Under the pieces are notes generated by a model. It did not search any database. It saw nothing but the letters and a program-made list of their open reading frames with translations, and was not told where the DNA came from. From positions 78,869,996 to 78,933,995 of the forward strand of contig NC_068991.1 of the NCBI RefSeq assembly GCF_001194135.2: a stretch of 64,000 nucleotides of DNA, given 5' to 3'. Each line of letters starts with the position of its first letter. The stretch's first letter is position 1. The position numbers and the translations under genes are program-made. Positions 51,503 to 63,900 of the stretch are shown here, piece by piece. Source of the stretch: Octopus bimaculoides. Its lineage: Eukaryota.

Positions 51503-51720
51503 AGGTAGCAAGCTGGCAGAAACGTTCGCACGCCGGGTGAAATGCTTAGCAGTATTTCGTCTGTCTTTATGTTCCGAGTTCAAATTCGGTCGAAGTCGAC
51601 TTTGCCTTTCATCCTTTCGGTGTCGAAAAATTAAGTACCAGTTGCGTATTGGGATAGATCTAGTCGACTGGCCCCTCACCCAAAATTTAAGGCCTTGTGC
51701 CTAGAGTAGAAAATAATATT
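51503..51720 (+). mobile_element. SINE family A, full length
   Basis: Head, B box gttcaaattc, core and tail ggccttgtgcctagagtagaaa. Confidence 0.9.
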
Positions 51721-52340
51721 GTGACAAGATAAGTATTGGGGTCAATTTGTTCAACGAAACCCTTCAAAATGGTGTCCCCTGGTGTCCCCTGCATAACCGC
51801 GTTCCGATGACAGAAACAAATAAATGATGAAAGGCAAAACACACACACATACACGCACACACATACACACACATACACACTCACAAATAAGAACTCACAC
51901 GCACACATACAAACGTTTCAAAATACACCTGGATACAACTCGGCAAACAATTCGCAACTCGAGTGGGCTAAGATGTCCTAAAACGTGACTTGAAAGATTA
52001 CTGCAGGTCTGCTGTTAAGTTAGACACAACCTGAGCCAATAATGGCTAAAACCTCTCCGAATTATGTAAGTTATAATTCTATTCATTCACTTATATGTAT
52101 GTAAACAATATATCTATCCATTTGCCAGTCTGCCTGTGTGCTTATATATATATATATATATATATATATGCTCGAAATACCAGACTAGAAAAACAGCCAA
52201 CAACTGATGAAGGGTCGTTCTTTATGTTTGTTTTGTTTTCCATTTGTGTCTTTTGTTGTTCGAAAGAATAGTTCATGTGCTATGCACACGTGCTTCGTAA
52301 TTTTTTGTTGTACACGTTTCTTGACGTCCTGTGCCCACAC

Positions 52341-52432
<92 letters not shown>

Positions 52433-55104
52433 AGTTTGTGTGTGTACATGTGCATTTGTATATGTGGGATAGTGGATATGTGTGGTCGTATTCATAACAA
52501 ATTTCATCAGTAAAAAGGCTTTTTATCTTTTTTGATCTTTTCTTCCACTCTGCCCCACACATCCTACATCCTACCACATAAACTTCAATTTTCCAGCCGA
52601 GCATAATGACCCCACCACACACTGTCCGTCTCACTCAATACAAAATTCTATTTCACTAACGACTACACATAAAAATGGCCTTAATTAACCTTTAAGCAAA
52701 AAATACTTGTGCAAAATATATTTCTGTTCTGCCACTCCTTAAAATACCAGAATAATGTTTTTTCCTCTGTCTTTCTATTTTTGTTATTTATTTTTCTCAT
52801 TTCTATATGAGACACCTTACCGTAAATACTGAAATACTGACCTGAAAAAAATAAAAAACAAAACAAAAGAGAAAGAGAAAAATAACAACGAACGAACGAA
52901 GAACCAAAAAAAATCCAATAAAATTTACAAGAAGTTTTTGAACAATGAGTAAATAACGACTGCGTAAATATTTACTCTTATGTTAAAAAAGAAAAAAATG
53001 AAACTGCTGCTGTCGAACACACTTCTCTCATACAAAACACTTCACAAGCTCCCGCCTGCAAAAACATCAAAATCAGAAAAAAAGATATAAAAATAGAAAT
53101 AAATCCATTAATAAATGTTTTCAATCGGCATCAGACGCACTTGGAAATTCTAGTCACCACGTATGAACACCACAGAGATTCCTCAATCCTTCTCTATTCC
53201 GATTATTCCCAGCGAGGAGGAAATCGCGTATTATCGTAAAGTGCGAAACCTTCCAGTTTCCACAATAATTATTTACGTTAAAAACGTGTGGACACTATTG
53301 TTAAGAGTACGAAAGTACATCCTAATTACTGTTACTTACCCGCACGCACACACACACACAAACACACACGCACAGAGTTTTACTTGCTCAGCCATTGGCC
53401 TGCAGCCTTTGAATCGCCATCCTGAACGGTTTTCTTGGTCAAATCGATTCCAGTAATTTCTTTAAGCTCTGTCTGACTCTTTTTGCCGAACGACTAAGTT
53501 ACGGAGACACAGATAAATCTACACACACACACAGAATCTCTCTTTCTAACTATGTGTATGTATGCACATAAATGTATATATGTATTTTATATAGACACGT
53601 ATTTGCATATATATACATATNNNNNNNNNNNNNNNNNNNNNNNNNNNNNNNNNNNNNNNNNNNNNNNNNNNNNNNNNNNNNNNNNNNNNNNNNNNNNNNN
53701 NNNNNNNNNNNNNNNNNNNNNNNNNNNNNNNNNNNNNNNNNNNNNNNNNNNNNNNNNNNNNNNNNNNNNNNNNNNNNNNNNNNNNNNNNNNNNNNNNNNN
53801 NNNNNNNNNNNNNNNNNNNNNNNNNNNNNNNNNNNNNNNNNNNNNNNNNNNNNNNNNNNNNNNNNNNNNNNNNNNNNNNNNNNNNNNNNNNNNNNNNNNN
53901 NNNNNNNNNNNNNNNNNNNNNNNNNNNNNNNNNNNNNNNNNNNNNNNNNNNNNNNNNNNNNNNNNNNNNNNNNNNNNNNNNNNNNNNNNNNNNNNNNNNN
54001 NNNNNNNNNNNNNNNNNNNNNNNNNNNNNNNNNNNNNNNNNNNNNNNNNNNNNNNNNNNNNNNNNNNNNNNNNNNNNNNNNNNNNNNNNNNNNNNNNNNN
54101 NNNNNNNNNNNNNNNNNNNNNNNNNNNNNNNNNNNNNNNNNNNNNNNNNNNNNNNNNNNNNNNNNNNNNNNNNNNNNNNNNNNNNNNNNNNNNNNNNNNN
54201 NNNNNNNNNNNNNNNNNNNNNNNNNNNNNNNNNNNNNNNNNNNNNNNNNNNNNNNNNNNNNNNNNNNNNNNNNNNNNNNNNATATATATTCAGCTATAGC
54301 TGAAACATTATTTTCACGTTTCTTTAAATTAAATTACTTTTATAGTGTCAATGGATCATTTCAAATTATCTTAAATTATCTTTACTTCAAGAAAATCTAA
54401 CGTCGATTTTTCTAATCTATATTCGCTCATGTACGAAAAAAAAAAATGTCTTTTTGTTGAAATAAAAGCAAAGATTGTTAAAGCGATGAACGTATTATTA
54501 TTTATGTAATGTATTTTTCACTTATAACTTTAATACTTTTTGAAATTTTAATCAGTTCATCGTAATTATATCGATCTGTTTATTAAGTAAAATGATCCTT
54601 AAAATCAATACACTTTCTCGCCTACTCGGATAAATTCCTGCTTAGATCAATTGCCACTTATATCAAATTTTCATGGAACATTCAATCGTTATCGTCTTCT
54701 TGTCTCTTACTGATTAAAATCTTTTGATGTTACTATGAAAATAATGGAATCATGGCATCATCCTGATGAAATTCCTCGAATTTAATTCATCACGAATTAT
54801 ATTTATTTATATTGTCTGCAATTCATCGTGGAATTAATTTAATTGCTCTTTTGTGTCATATGATTAATTGCTCTTTGATGTCTATAGTAAAAGGCAGGTT
54901 TTATTCATATTTATTTTTTAATGTTATCCTGGCTCTTGATATTTGATTTAAAATAGAATAATAATTTTTCTCAATATTGTGGGGCGTGGAAAGGAGCCAG
55001 AGATAATTTCCCCAGATGTTTCAAGTCAGATTACTGTTCTGAAATAAATGTACCCCCCATACTCTCACGATGTCTGTCACGATGTGTTTATGCTGGAGAG
55101 TGTG

Positions 55105-55500
55105 TGTGTGTGCGTGAAGCCCCAATCAACTTGTGAAAGATCATGATTGATCGCATCCCGGTCGGCATTATGAAGATCCATAGTGTCTAATGGATGGGCT
55201 GAAGAGATGTCACTGGATTTGATCTTGGGTGGTAGAATCTCAGATCACAGAGAACCATGTTATAGTTTGAGAGTAGTGGTGTATTTTTCCACTGCAACAT
55301 CGAGGATAGTGTCTGTGTGGTTACTGAACACTAGGTCTAAGGGGTTTTTGTGACACCTTGTTGGTTCACGAACGAGTTGGGTCAGGAGAAACTCTTCCAC
55401 AAGATCAAAGATCAATTCGATTGCTTCCTTATCAGGTGTTGAGGTGGAAAACCTAGTTTCAAGCTGTTTGTGGACCAATCAACACTGGGAAGGTTGAAGC
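55105..55500 (-). mobile_element. CR1/L2-group LINE AP-endonuclease C-terminal fragment
   Basis: FNLPSVDW..., LTQLVREPTR..NPLDLVFSN, then ..NMVLCDL...NADRDAINHDLSQVDW linker. Confidence 0.75.
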
Positions 55501-55929
55501 TTGTGTGTGTAATTTTATACGTGTATAAATATGAATTTATATATGTGCGTATAATATCTATGTATGTGTGTATATGTATGTACGTAGTCTGGCAGGACCT
55601 AACCAACCTCGAAAACCCGTAGCTAACCTAGGGAGAATTTGAATGGAATGATTGAATCCCTTATGATCGGTGTTTAGGCTTTGTTAGTTTGCCCTTAGTT
55701 GTTGGCAGCCAAGGGTGTAAGCTCTCTTACCAAGACAAGGTCAAGCCAAGAGAGAAGGATTTGGGTTTCACGTGTTAACGAGGGCCAGATGATAATGAAC
55801 ATGCGGACGTGTTGGGGTCGGGGGCAAGAAAGAGCGCATTAATGTTGTGGGTAGGGAAAGGGTGAGAAAGAAAGGGATTGGGTGAGAGTGAAGGAAAAGT
55901 GATTGGAATGAGTAGGGGAGGCGGCGTGA

Positions 55930-56157
55930 CAGGTAGAACGGGTCGGAGAGGTCAGGGTGGTGGGTTGGTTGATGAACGTAATTGTGGTGAAAGAGTGCAG
56001 CAGGGTTCGCCACCCCACCCCCTGCCGGAGCCTCGTGGAGCTTTAGGTGTTTTCGCTCCATAAACACTCACAACGCCCGTTCTGAGAATCGAAACCGCGA
56101 CCGCGATCCCACAACCGCGAGTCCGCTGCCCTAACCACTGGGCCATTGCGACTCCAC
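55930..56157 (-). mobile_element. SINE family B
   Basis: Reverse complement of 10748-10930; a purine-rich variant tail extends to ~55600. Confidence 0.85.
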
Positions 56158-56469
56158 TATGTATGTATATGTATGTCTATCTATCTATCTGTCTGTGTGT
56201 CTGTCTGTCTGTCTGTCTGTATGTATGTATGTATGTATGTATAAGTACTTATCAACAATTATGTTTCAGATTACAATGCATTTTAATTCCATTTACGACT
56301 GAAAACTTTGCCTAGATCATCGAGTTTTTATTCTCCATGGAATATCATTTCACTTTGGTGGATTGGGTTAATTAATAGTTAAGTGGTTTGGTCTTAGAAA
56401 CCGCCGCATCGGTGATGGTATACAAATTATTGTCCCCTGACATGGGTTTCATTTAATAGTCTCGGTCAG

Positions 56470-56635
56470 TTGCAAAGCACCCATTACACTCTCGGAGTGG
56501 TTGGAGTTAGGAAGGGCATCCAGTTGTAGAGACTCTGCCAAATCAGATTGGAGCCTGGTGTAGCCATCTGGTTCAGCAATCCTCAGTCATATCATCCAAC
56601 CCATGCTAGCATAGAAAGCAGACGTTAAACGATGG
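56470..56635 (+). mobile_element. Repeat with an RTE-type 3' tail (family D)
   Basis: ttaggaagggcatccag...ccaacccatgctagcat..gacgttaaacgatg is a tail type recalled from RTE-partner SINEs. Confidence 0.45.
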
Positions 56636-57177
56636 TATATATAATACAATTGAGGCACCTTGTTAGGTCGAAGTAACATGTACACCCAAACAGTGTTAAG
56701 TGAATATTAAACTCGGTTCAGAAGTGCAGCCAGGTGATATTCTTGCAGTGTATGCAGGTAATACGACCCAGCTTAATGAAGAGACCCGCTCTTGGCTATT
56801 CAGGCATGTACTTTATATTAAAATAATTTCTATGATATTTCCGAAACACAGATTCCAGGACAGGTGAATAAAGTATAAATGAGTAAAAAAGAGGCACAGC
56901 TGTCAATTACTTACGGCCGTTTCAAGCGACTCCTTTAATTGATTAATGAAAACATTACATTGCAAAGAAACCGTCAGATGACTGCATGAACTGCAAACAT
57001 AAAGGACAATTCGACTGATTTAACATAGTCACAACTCCACAGAGCCAAAGTATTTCCATTGATTCTGCTGCTATTCAGTTGGCAGAACTAATTTACCAAA
57101 TAGTTTATATCGAGTCAGAAAGAATAGAATTTTAGGATAGTAGATAGTAGGGGGAAGGAATAACAGAAATCAGTGAA

Positions 57178-57219
<42 letters not shown>

Positions 57220-57419
57220 TTTGATAGACACACTGCATGTTATTATGTACCACAATTAATTTCATATGTTGAGAAACATCTCAAACATATTCATCAGGCA
57301 CAAGCCACACGTCATAACGAATTAAGAATTGAATGTGAGAAGAAGTGCGAAAAGTGGAGAACGAAGCATATATCAACGTTTTGAAACAGGAAATTCAACG
57401 CAATATATTTCAACAATGC

Positions 57420-57870
57420 GGAAATTTTATTCCTGAAAGTAAGTACCATTACAATCAACACATTTTTGCCAACGAGTTACAAGTTTGTTTATTCCGGTAA
57501 CATAAAAATTTGGTGTTCTGGAGCTGATTAACGCACTTTCAGTAATGGTTTGATTTTTGAACTCCTTCTCCCGCAGGAAACCATCAAAGTGTTTGAAAAA
57601 GTTGTAGTCGGTAGGAGAAAGGTCTGAAGAATAATTTGGGTGGGGAAGAACTTTGTAGCCAAGTTCCCCCAACTTCCGGGATGTCATTAGTGAAACTTGT
57701 GGTTAAGCATTGTCATGACAAATGATTGGTCCTTTTCCGTTGATCAGTCTGAGATGGAGGAGTAGCAGTTTTTCGTTTATTTTGGCAATTTCATGACAGT
57801 ATGCTTCTGCAGTCATGGTTTTTCCGAGTTTTAAGAAGTTATAGTGGATACGTCCAGCAGTACACTTCAA
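57420..57870 (-). mobile_element. Mariner (D,D34D) transposase pseudogene, 3' half
   Basis: IHYNFLKLGKTMTAEAYCHEI...HDNA*P...LGYKVLPHPNYSSDLSPTDYNFFKHFD...GINKLVTRWQKCVDCNGTYF; HDNA and YSPDLAPxD motifs with one in-frame stop. Confidence 0.92.
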
Positions 57871-57934
57871 ACTAATATATACATGTTGTCCGTTTTTATT
57901 CATTTATTTGAATTGCTTTTTATTTATTGGAATT

Positions 57935-57975
<41 letters not shown>

Positions 57976-58164
57976 CATACATACATATTTATTCCCCCCC
58001 CCCCACAGATTTGCATATGTGCATGTTTATGTGTGTGTATGTATATATATACATACATGCACCTGTTGTGCTGTTTTAGACTTCAAAGGCCATATGGTTA
58101 GCGGTTAGGAATAGCTGTATTAATACTTACTGCCGCTATTAGGAACGGACATAAATTAATATTT

Positions 58165-58400
58165 GTTGTATTGCTATCTGCAGTTGAGATTATGTAAATA
58201 CATATATTAATATTTACTTCAGTGGTGTCTGCGAGAGAGATTAGGAATTTGCATATATAAATATTTAATATATTCGTATATGCAGGAAATACTAGGAACT
58301 TGCATAAATTATTACATTATTTTCTCCTGAGGAGACTGAAATTAGGAAATCGCATATCTTACGATATTAGTATTTACTATGGAGATTAAGAGCTTACTTA
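58165..58400 (+). repeat. Degenerate ~51-bp tandem repeat (4-5 copies)
   Basis: ttaggaatttgcatat, ctaggaacttgcataa and ttaggaaatcgcatat at ~58240, 58292 and 58343. Confidence 0.5.
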
Positions 58401-59194
58401 TAAACGACATATTTCGTTTAACAAAGAGATGAAAGTTATAGATGCATATGTTGCGTGAAGGATTAATCTAGCATCAGAATATTTGAAGTATTTTATTGTT
58501 GACATCATGAGAATTCATAAACACCCCAGAAAACGTGAAATAATTCCATTTTGAAACAATGGATAACGAAGCTCATACAGCTTTCAATAACATGTGGATA
58601 TTGGGTTGAAGACCCTTTTCCGGTACAACATTTTCAAGGCTGCTCTCAGTTCCAAAACCCACATAACAATCATTCGCCCATTGGACCAAAGCGATTCTTC
58701 AAATTTCTCTCTCCATTTTAGAGACTTTATTCTTACCAGAATAAAGGATTGAGAAACTTTCGACAGAATTTAAATAATTCTTTTTCGGGAATAGTGGATC
58801 TCGAAGAACTTTAATTGTATTTCTTTTGCCTGCATAATAATTTAATCATTCGTAAGGGAATTTTCTTTCATGCTTTTGATAATCCCTCTTTCTGACATAC
58901 GAGAATGATGAGTAGACATGCTTGGAACAATTTGTGTCCCACTAAAGGCGATGACGGGTCATGTGTTTATACTCAACAGGAGCGATTCACCTTGTTTGAA
59001 GCTTGTTTCTCAATCACATGGCTTCTGTGTTGCGCGCGCGCATTGAGTGAATTTTCCCTTGTTTTTGATTTTGATATACAGCTGGCAGTTTTAACTGGAG
59101 GCATTAGTGGTTTTATTTACCTGAGGAATTCACTGATTTTGCAGTTTATCGACCATTTGGCATATTACCAGCCAATGGACACCGCTAGCCCAGA

Positions 59195-59700
59195 AATAAT
59201 ATGAGACGTCATGACAACATAGCAAGGATTGTCCATTGGGCACTTTGCAACAAGTATGGAAATGATAATGCATCGAAAATGATAATGCAAAGATCCTATG
59301 GGATTTTATGAGTCAGTGCGACCATGAGATAGAGAATAGGAAGTCAGACATGGTCTTAATTGAGAAAGAAACCAAACTATGCTGGATCATAGATATAACA
59401 TGCCCAGCTTACAACAAAGTATGCGATAAGGAAGAAAGAAAAGTCGATAGATATGACTGGTTAGCTTGGGAAGTTAAGCAGTTGTGGTCGATGAAAAAGT
59501 CGGTAGTAGTACCAATAATCGACGGAGCTCTGGGAAGAGTGAGTAAAAATTTTGATAAGTACATGGAACAAATAGCGGCTGCAGTAAGAGTAGAGCACTT
59601 GCAGAAAACAGCACTCCTTGGAACACCTTAGTTCACTGGTAGTGAACAGCTGACGCTGTAGTACATCTCCAGCGTCACAAGCTGTGCAAAGACAATATAA
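59195..59700 (+). mobile_element. R4/Dong-like LINE 3' end (RLE domain and 3' UTR) ending in (TAA)n
   Basis: RHDNIARIVHWALCNKY; RKSDMVLIEKETKLCWIIDITCP...YDWLAWEVKQLWSMKKSVVVPIIDGALG...LQKTALLGT; (taa)n follows at ~59697. Confidence 0.88.
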
Positions 59701-59714
59701 TAATAATAATAATA

Positions 59715-59936
59715 ATAATTCTTTCTAGTGGAAGCACAAGGCCTAAATTTTTTTGAGGCGGGAGGATTGTCGATTACATCAACCCCAGTGCGTAACTGAT
59801 ATTTATTTCATCGAACCCGGAAGGATGAAAGGCAAAGTCGATCTAGGTGGAATTTGAACGCAGAACGTAGTGACAAGCGAAATACGGCTAAGCATTTCGC
59901 CCGGCACGCTAACCATTCTGCCAGCTCACTGCCGCC
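59715..59936 (-). mobile_element. SINE family A, full length
   Basis: Reverse complement starts ggcggcagtgagctggcagaatggttagcgtgccgggcgaaatgcttagc. Confidence 0.9.
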
Positions 59937-60501
59937 GCCGTCATAATGATGATGATGATGATGATGCTGGAGATAAGGTTGTTAACTTTGCTAACCTTAT
60001 TGGCAAAGAATCCACTTCTTTCCTGCAAGGCTTTGCCGACTTATAAGTTATTAAAAAGCGTCTTTAGAGCTGGCCACAAACTACATTAAATACTATACAA
60101 GCGTACAGTGTTTTAACAAACTGGCCAACTATACTATATACACAAGAGACCGATCTTTTTTTTTCTTCTTTTTCAACGAATAATTTATTTAATAGATTTT
60201 TTTCTGTTTGTGTATTTCTGTATGCTTTTTTCCTTTTCAGGATATCGTAATAGTATCAAACCTTCAGGATGCGTTGTTTAAGAATTGTTTCATGAATATT
60301 TATCACTGACTGCCAGGCAAAACTATCTGTTTGATCTCTTCTTCATGTCAGTGCCATCAAAGTAATATTGAGAACTTTATAGTATGTAGTTCATGCCATT
60401 AGCAATAGTTCACGAAAAATATTATATTTCAGGCGTTAACCTTAATAATGATAATAATGATGATGATGATGGCCACGACGACGACGATGACAACGACGAC
60501 C

Positions 60502-60554
<53 letters not shown>

Positions 60555-60577
60555 TATTATTATTATAATTATAATCC

Positions 60578-60786
60578 CTTCTACTATAGGCACAAGGCGT
60601 GAAATTTGGCGGGAGGGTGACAGTCGATTACATCGACCTCATTGTCCAACCGGTACTTATTTTACCGACCCGAAAGGATGAAAAGCAAAGTCAACCTCGG
60701 TGGAATTTGAGCTCAAAACGTAGCGACAAACGAAATATTGCAAAGCATTTCGCCCGGCGTGCAAACAATCCTGCAAGCTCGCCCCC
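60578..60786 (-). mobile_element. SINE family A, full length
   Basis: Reverse complement of head and core. Confidence 0.88.
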
Positions 60787-60871
60787 TTAATAATAATGAT
60801 GATGATGATGATGATATTAGTAGTAGTAGTAGTAGTAGTAATAATAATAATAGTAGTAGTAATAATAATAG

Positions 60872-61255
60872 TTGGTTAAGAAGGAATGTATTCACAGACA
60901 CAATGGAGGTGAGATCTATATACACTGGAAGCTGTGCCAACACTAAGGAATACCACTTGGAAGAGATGGTATAGGCACACGCCATAACAGGTCACAGAAA
61001 ATGAGAGAGCAACCATTCTTTGAGATATGTCAATACACGCAGATAGAAAAATGAATGCCAATGGGCCGGATATAGTTGTCAGAGATCAAGAAAAAACATG
61101 TTTTCTAATTGATGTATCAATACCAACAGATGACAATGTTTCTCTAAAAGAAACGGAGAAACTTTCAAAATACAAAGACTTGGAAATAGAGGTAACTCTA
61201 ATGTGGAGTCTCAATACAGAAACAATTCCTATTATACTAGGCGCATTTTCAGCCT
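60872..61255 (+). mobile_element. R4/Dong-like LINE RLE fragment
   Basis: IHRHN...YIHWKLCQH*G..., ENERATIL*DMSIHADRKMNANGPDIVVRDQEKTCFLIDVSIPTDDNVSLKETEKLSKYKDLEIEV..MW....IPIILGA. Confidence 0.88.
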
Positions 61256-62196
61256 GACAATTATTGAATTGATTAGATTGAATCATGAACCAACCAAAAC
61301 GCATATCTGAAACAACTGCAAGACGCAAATAGATGAAGGTATATAGCCCCTTATATAGATAGATAGATAGATACATACATATACAATCATATATGTATAT
61401 GTATACATGTATACATGTATACATATGTATAAGTACGCCTATAACTATATCTATCTATCGTTCTATCTATCTCTATCTACATATTGTGTGTGTGTGTAAC
61501 GCACATAAACATATGTATATATATTTCAAATTATTTTGTGAGACACTGTGCGAATTATGTATTTCTCATTGTCTTTTATTGTCTGTTTAACATCAGTTAT
61601 TCATAGTTAACAATAATAAGTTACTTGCAAAAGAACTATTTCTGTGCAGCAACAATATATAAAACAAAAATAAGTAAATAGTTAAATAAAAATGAAAATA
61701 CAAGCCTTTAGCGATTAATATATATTGAAATATAATGAAACATTATTTTCCTTCATCAGTTTTTTATATTTGTGTTATTGTTTGTCTTAATTTATCCGAA
61801 CTAGACTCTAGACAATTCGAAATCCGTTAATTGATAGCTAGCCGTATGCAGGCGAAAATAAATCAAATTGTCTCTCTTCTGTATGAACTCTTACACAGCT
61901 TTGAAAAAACAATAATAGAGACACACTAATATAAAAAGTATCCGTTTGGAACTGGAGATAAAGATGTATGGCATGGTCACTCAGGCTTACAGTTATACAC
62001 ACGAATATATTTGGAAACATATTTATCATACATACACACACGCGCGCGCATGCACACACATATCTAACGATATACACCTCTTTCTCTCTTCACTGCCTCT
62101 GCATCTCTCACCCTTTGTCTTCCTCTCTGCCTATCAATACACACACAACTATATCTATATATCCATCTATATTTTACTCTTTTATTTGTTGCAGAT

Positions 62197-62245
62197 CGGA
62201 CCAGAACGGACCGGACCGGACCGGACCAGACCGGATCGGATCGGA
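62197..62245 (+). repeat. (CGGAC/CGGAT)n pentanucleotide repeat
   Basis: Direct reading; about 10 units. Confidence 0.9.
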
Positions 62246-63382
62246 TTAGCCTAGCCTTTTGCCTGAACGTGCGTCCGTTCCTTCATACCTATGCACTTAC
62301 GTACTTTCGTTCGTTCGTTCCTTGTTTTATTCTCAAACGCATACTCGTACATACATACGTATATATATATAAACAGTTCCATTTATTAAACATTTTGTTT
62401 CAGACGTGCACAACTTTCAGCGCAAACGCTTTATAACAATTTCTAATGTTCTGACTGAATTTAAAACTTTATTTCCAACAACTTCACCAAAACATAACAT
62501 GCTGTGAATCTTCTGTAATTAGTTCATGGCAACATGATTTATATTAACAGGATTAACCTTTACATATTTCCGAGGTCAAATAATACCTGAAATATTAATA
62601 TTTAATGACTTCCAGCAAAATTCAACTGGGAATTACACTGGAATATCGTGCTGCTGCTACACACAGAAACATCATATATTGGCATTTAATAAAATGCTGT
62701 CTTCTGCGCAAGATTCGCTCACCGAACTTGTAATTGTTAGCTTATAGACATAGCACGAGCTGCATTCAGCCTCAAAACAGACACGTCCTACATACTTCCC
62801 TCTTACGTAGTCACGCTTGTGTTGTCTCATGTGCCATAAATTACATGAAACACCGTATTCAATCTTTCCTTCCAGATCAAGAGTCACCAGAAATACCTTC
62901 ATTGATTAAGATTTTGCTATATTCATCTATCTAAAAGCTTCAAATTATATACCAACTGCACCATCTCAATAGATCTGAGCAGGTATGCAAAATGAAGGTC
63001 ACTGACATGGTTCTGTGTATAAATAGATATTTTCCTGCAGGAATACGATATTCCAAGCTCGAGGTGTAAACAATTTCCCCAGTCTATAAGCAATATTGAA
63101 TGAACAGACGCATACACACACTTACATGTGTGTGTGTGTATGTGTATATACATATATATATATATACCTCCTTCAGGAAAAATATGGAGAAATACTTCAT
63201 AGCAAAATTCTCACCAAAACTGAATGGCTGAAACATGAAGATCACAACCCATCTAGGATCTTCAACTTTGGAACAACAGACCCTAAAAAAACGACAAGAA
63301 ACCCAGATAGTGAGACATTTTTGTACCAACAAGAATTGAACCCAGTTACCTAGGTTCTCATATTTCTCTCCTAACTTTTTTT

Positions 63383-63900
63383 GAACTAACCAGCTGTATA
63401 GATATCATCACAATTCCTTCCTTCCCTTTTACACTCCTTTCAGACACACACGCACGCACACACACACACACATACACTCTCTCTACCACTGGACAATGAT
63501 ACCAAAGAATACCATCTGGTTTTGCCTCCTTTTTTTTTAAGGCCAAGAATGAACTTGTCACAGCAGGAACTGACCAACTGTAAACTGTAAACAGAATCTT
63601 CCTCTTCCCTCCTCTTCCCACTGACACACCTTTCAAATACACAGGCACACACACACACGCACACATACACACACACACACAAAAAAAAACGCACCCACAC
63701 TCTCCTACTAGACAATGACACCAAAGATTCTTTTTGAAAAACAACTTCTTCAAAACAATCACACTTGCTTTTGTCATTCCTTTAAAAGGCTAAAAATAAA
63801 CTTATCATTGAAAAGAACTAACCAGCTATGAACCCAATTTTCTTCTTTTCTCTTTCCCATCGACACACACACGCACACACACAGACACACACACTAACAC
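63383..63900 (+). repeat. Degenerate 190-250-bp tandem units
   Basis: Units start gaactaaccagct, gaactgaccaact and gaactaaccagct (~63385, 63568, 63815). Each is followed by a pyrimidine tract and (CA)n; the first two also carry gacaatga.accaaaga. Confidence 0.55.

Noticed and set aside
52170-52220. ctcgaaata...aactgatgaaggg (possible permuted hammerhead in a repeat)
   Set aside because: Stem III and the cleavage triplet could not be built.
2292-54400. Long ORFs in the ORF track (e.g. 16581-17735, 36937-37818, 53552-54400)
   Set aside because: They run through N gaps or (TA)n/(CA)n tracts (poly-X, YIYI, HTHT, CVCV) and are not genes.
62877-63040. Plus-strand exon-like segment with good acceptor and donor
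   Set aside because: Stops in all three frames; at most a non-coding exon, with no other support.
63183-63230. MEKYFIAKFSPKLN, similar to GIY-YIG C-termini of Penelope elements
   Set aside because: Only 14 residues, and no upstream GIY-YIG motifs were found.
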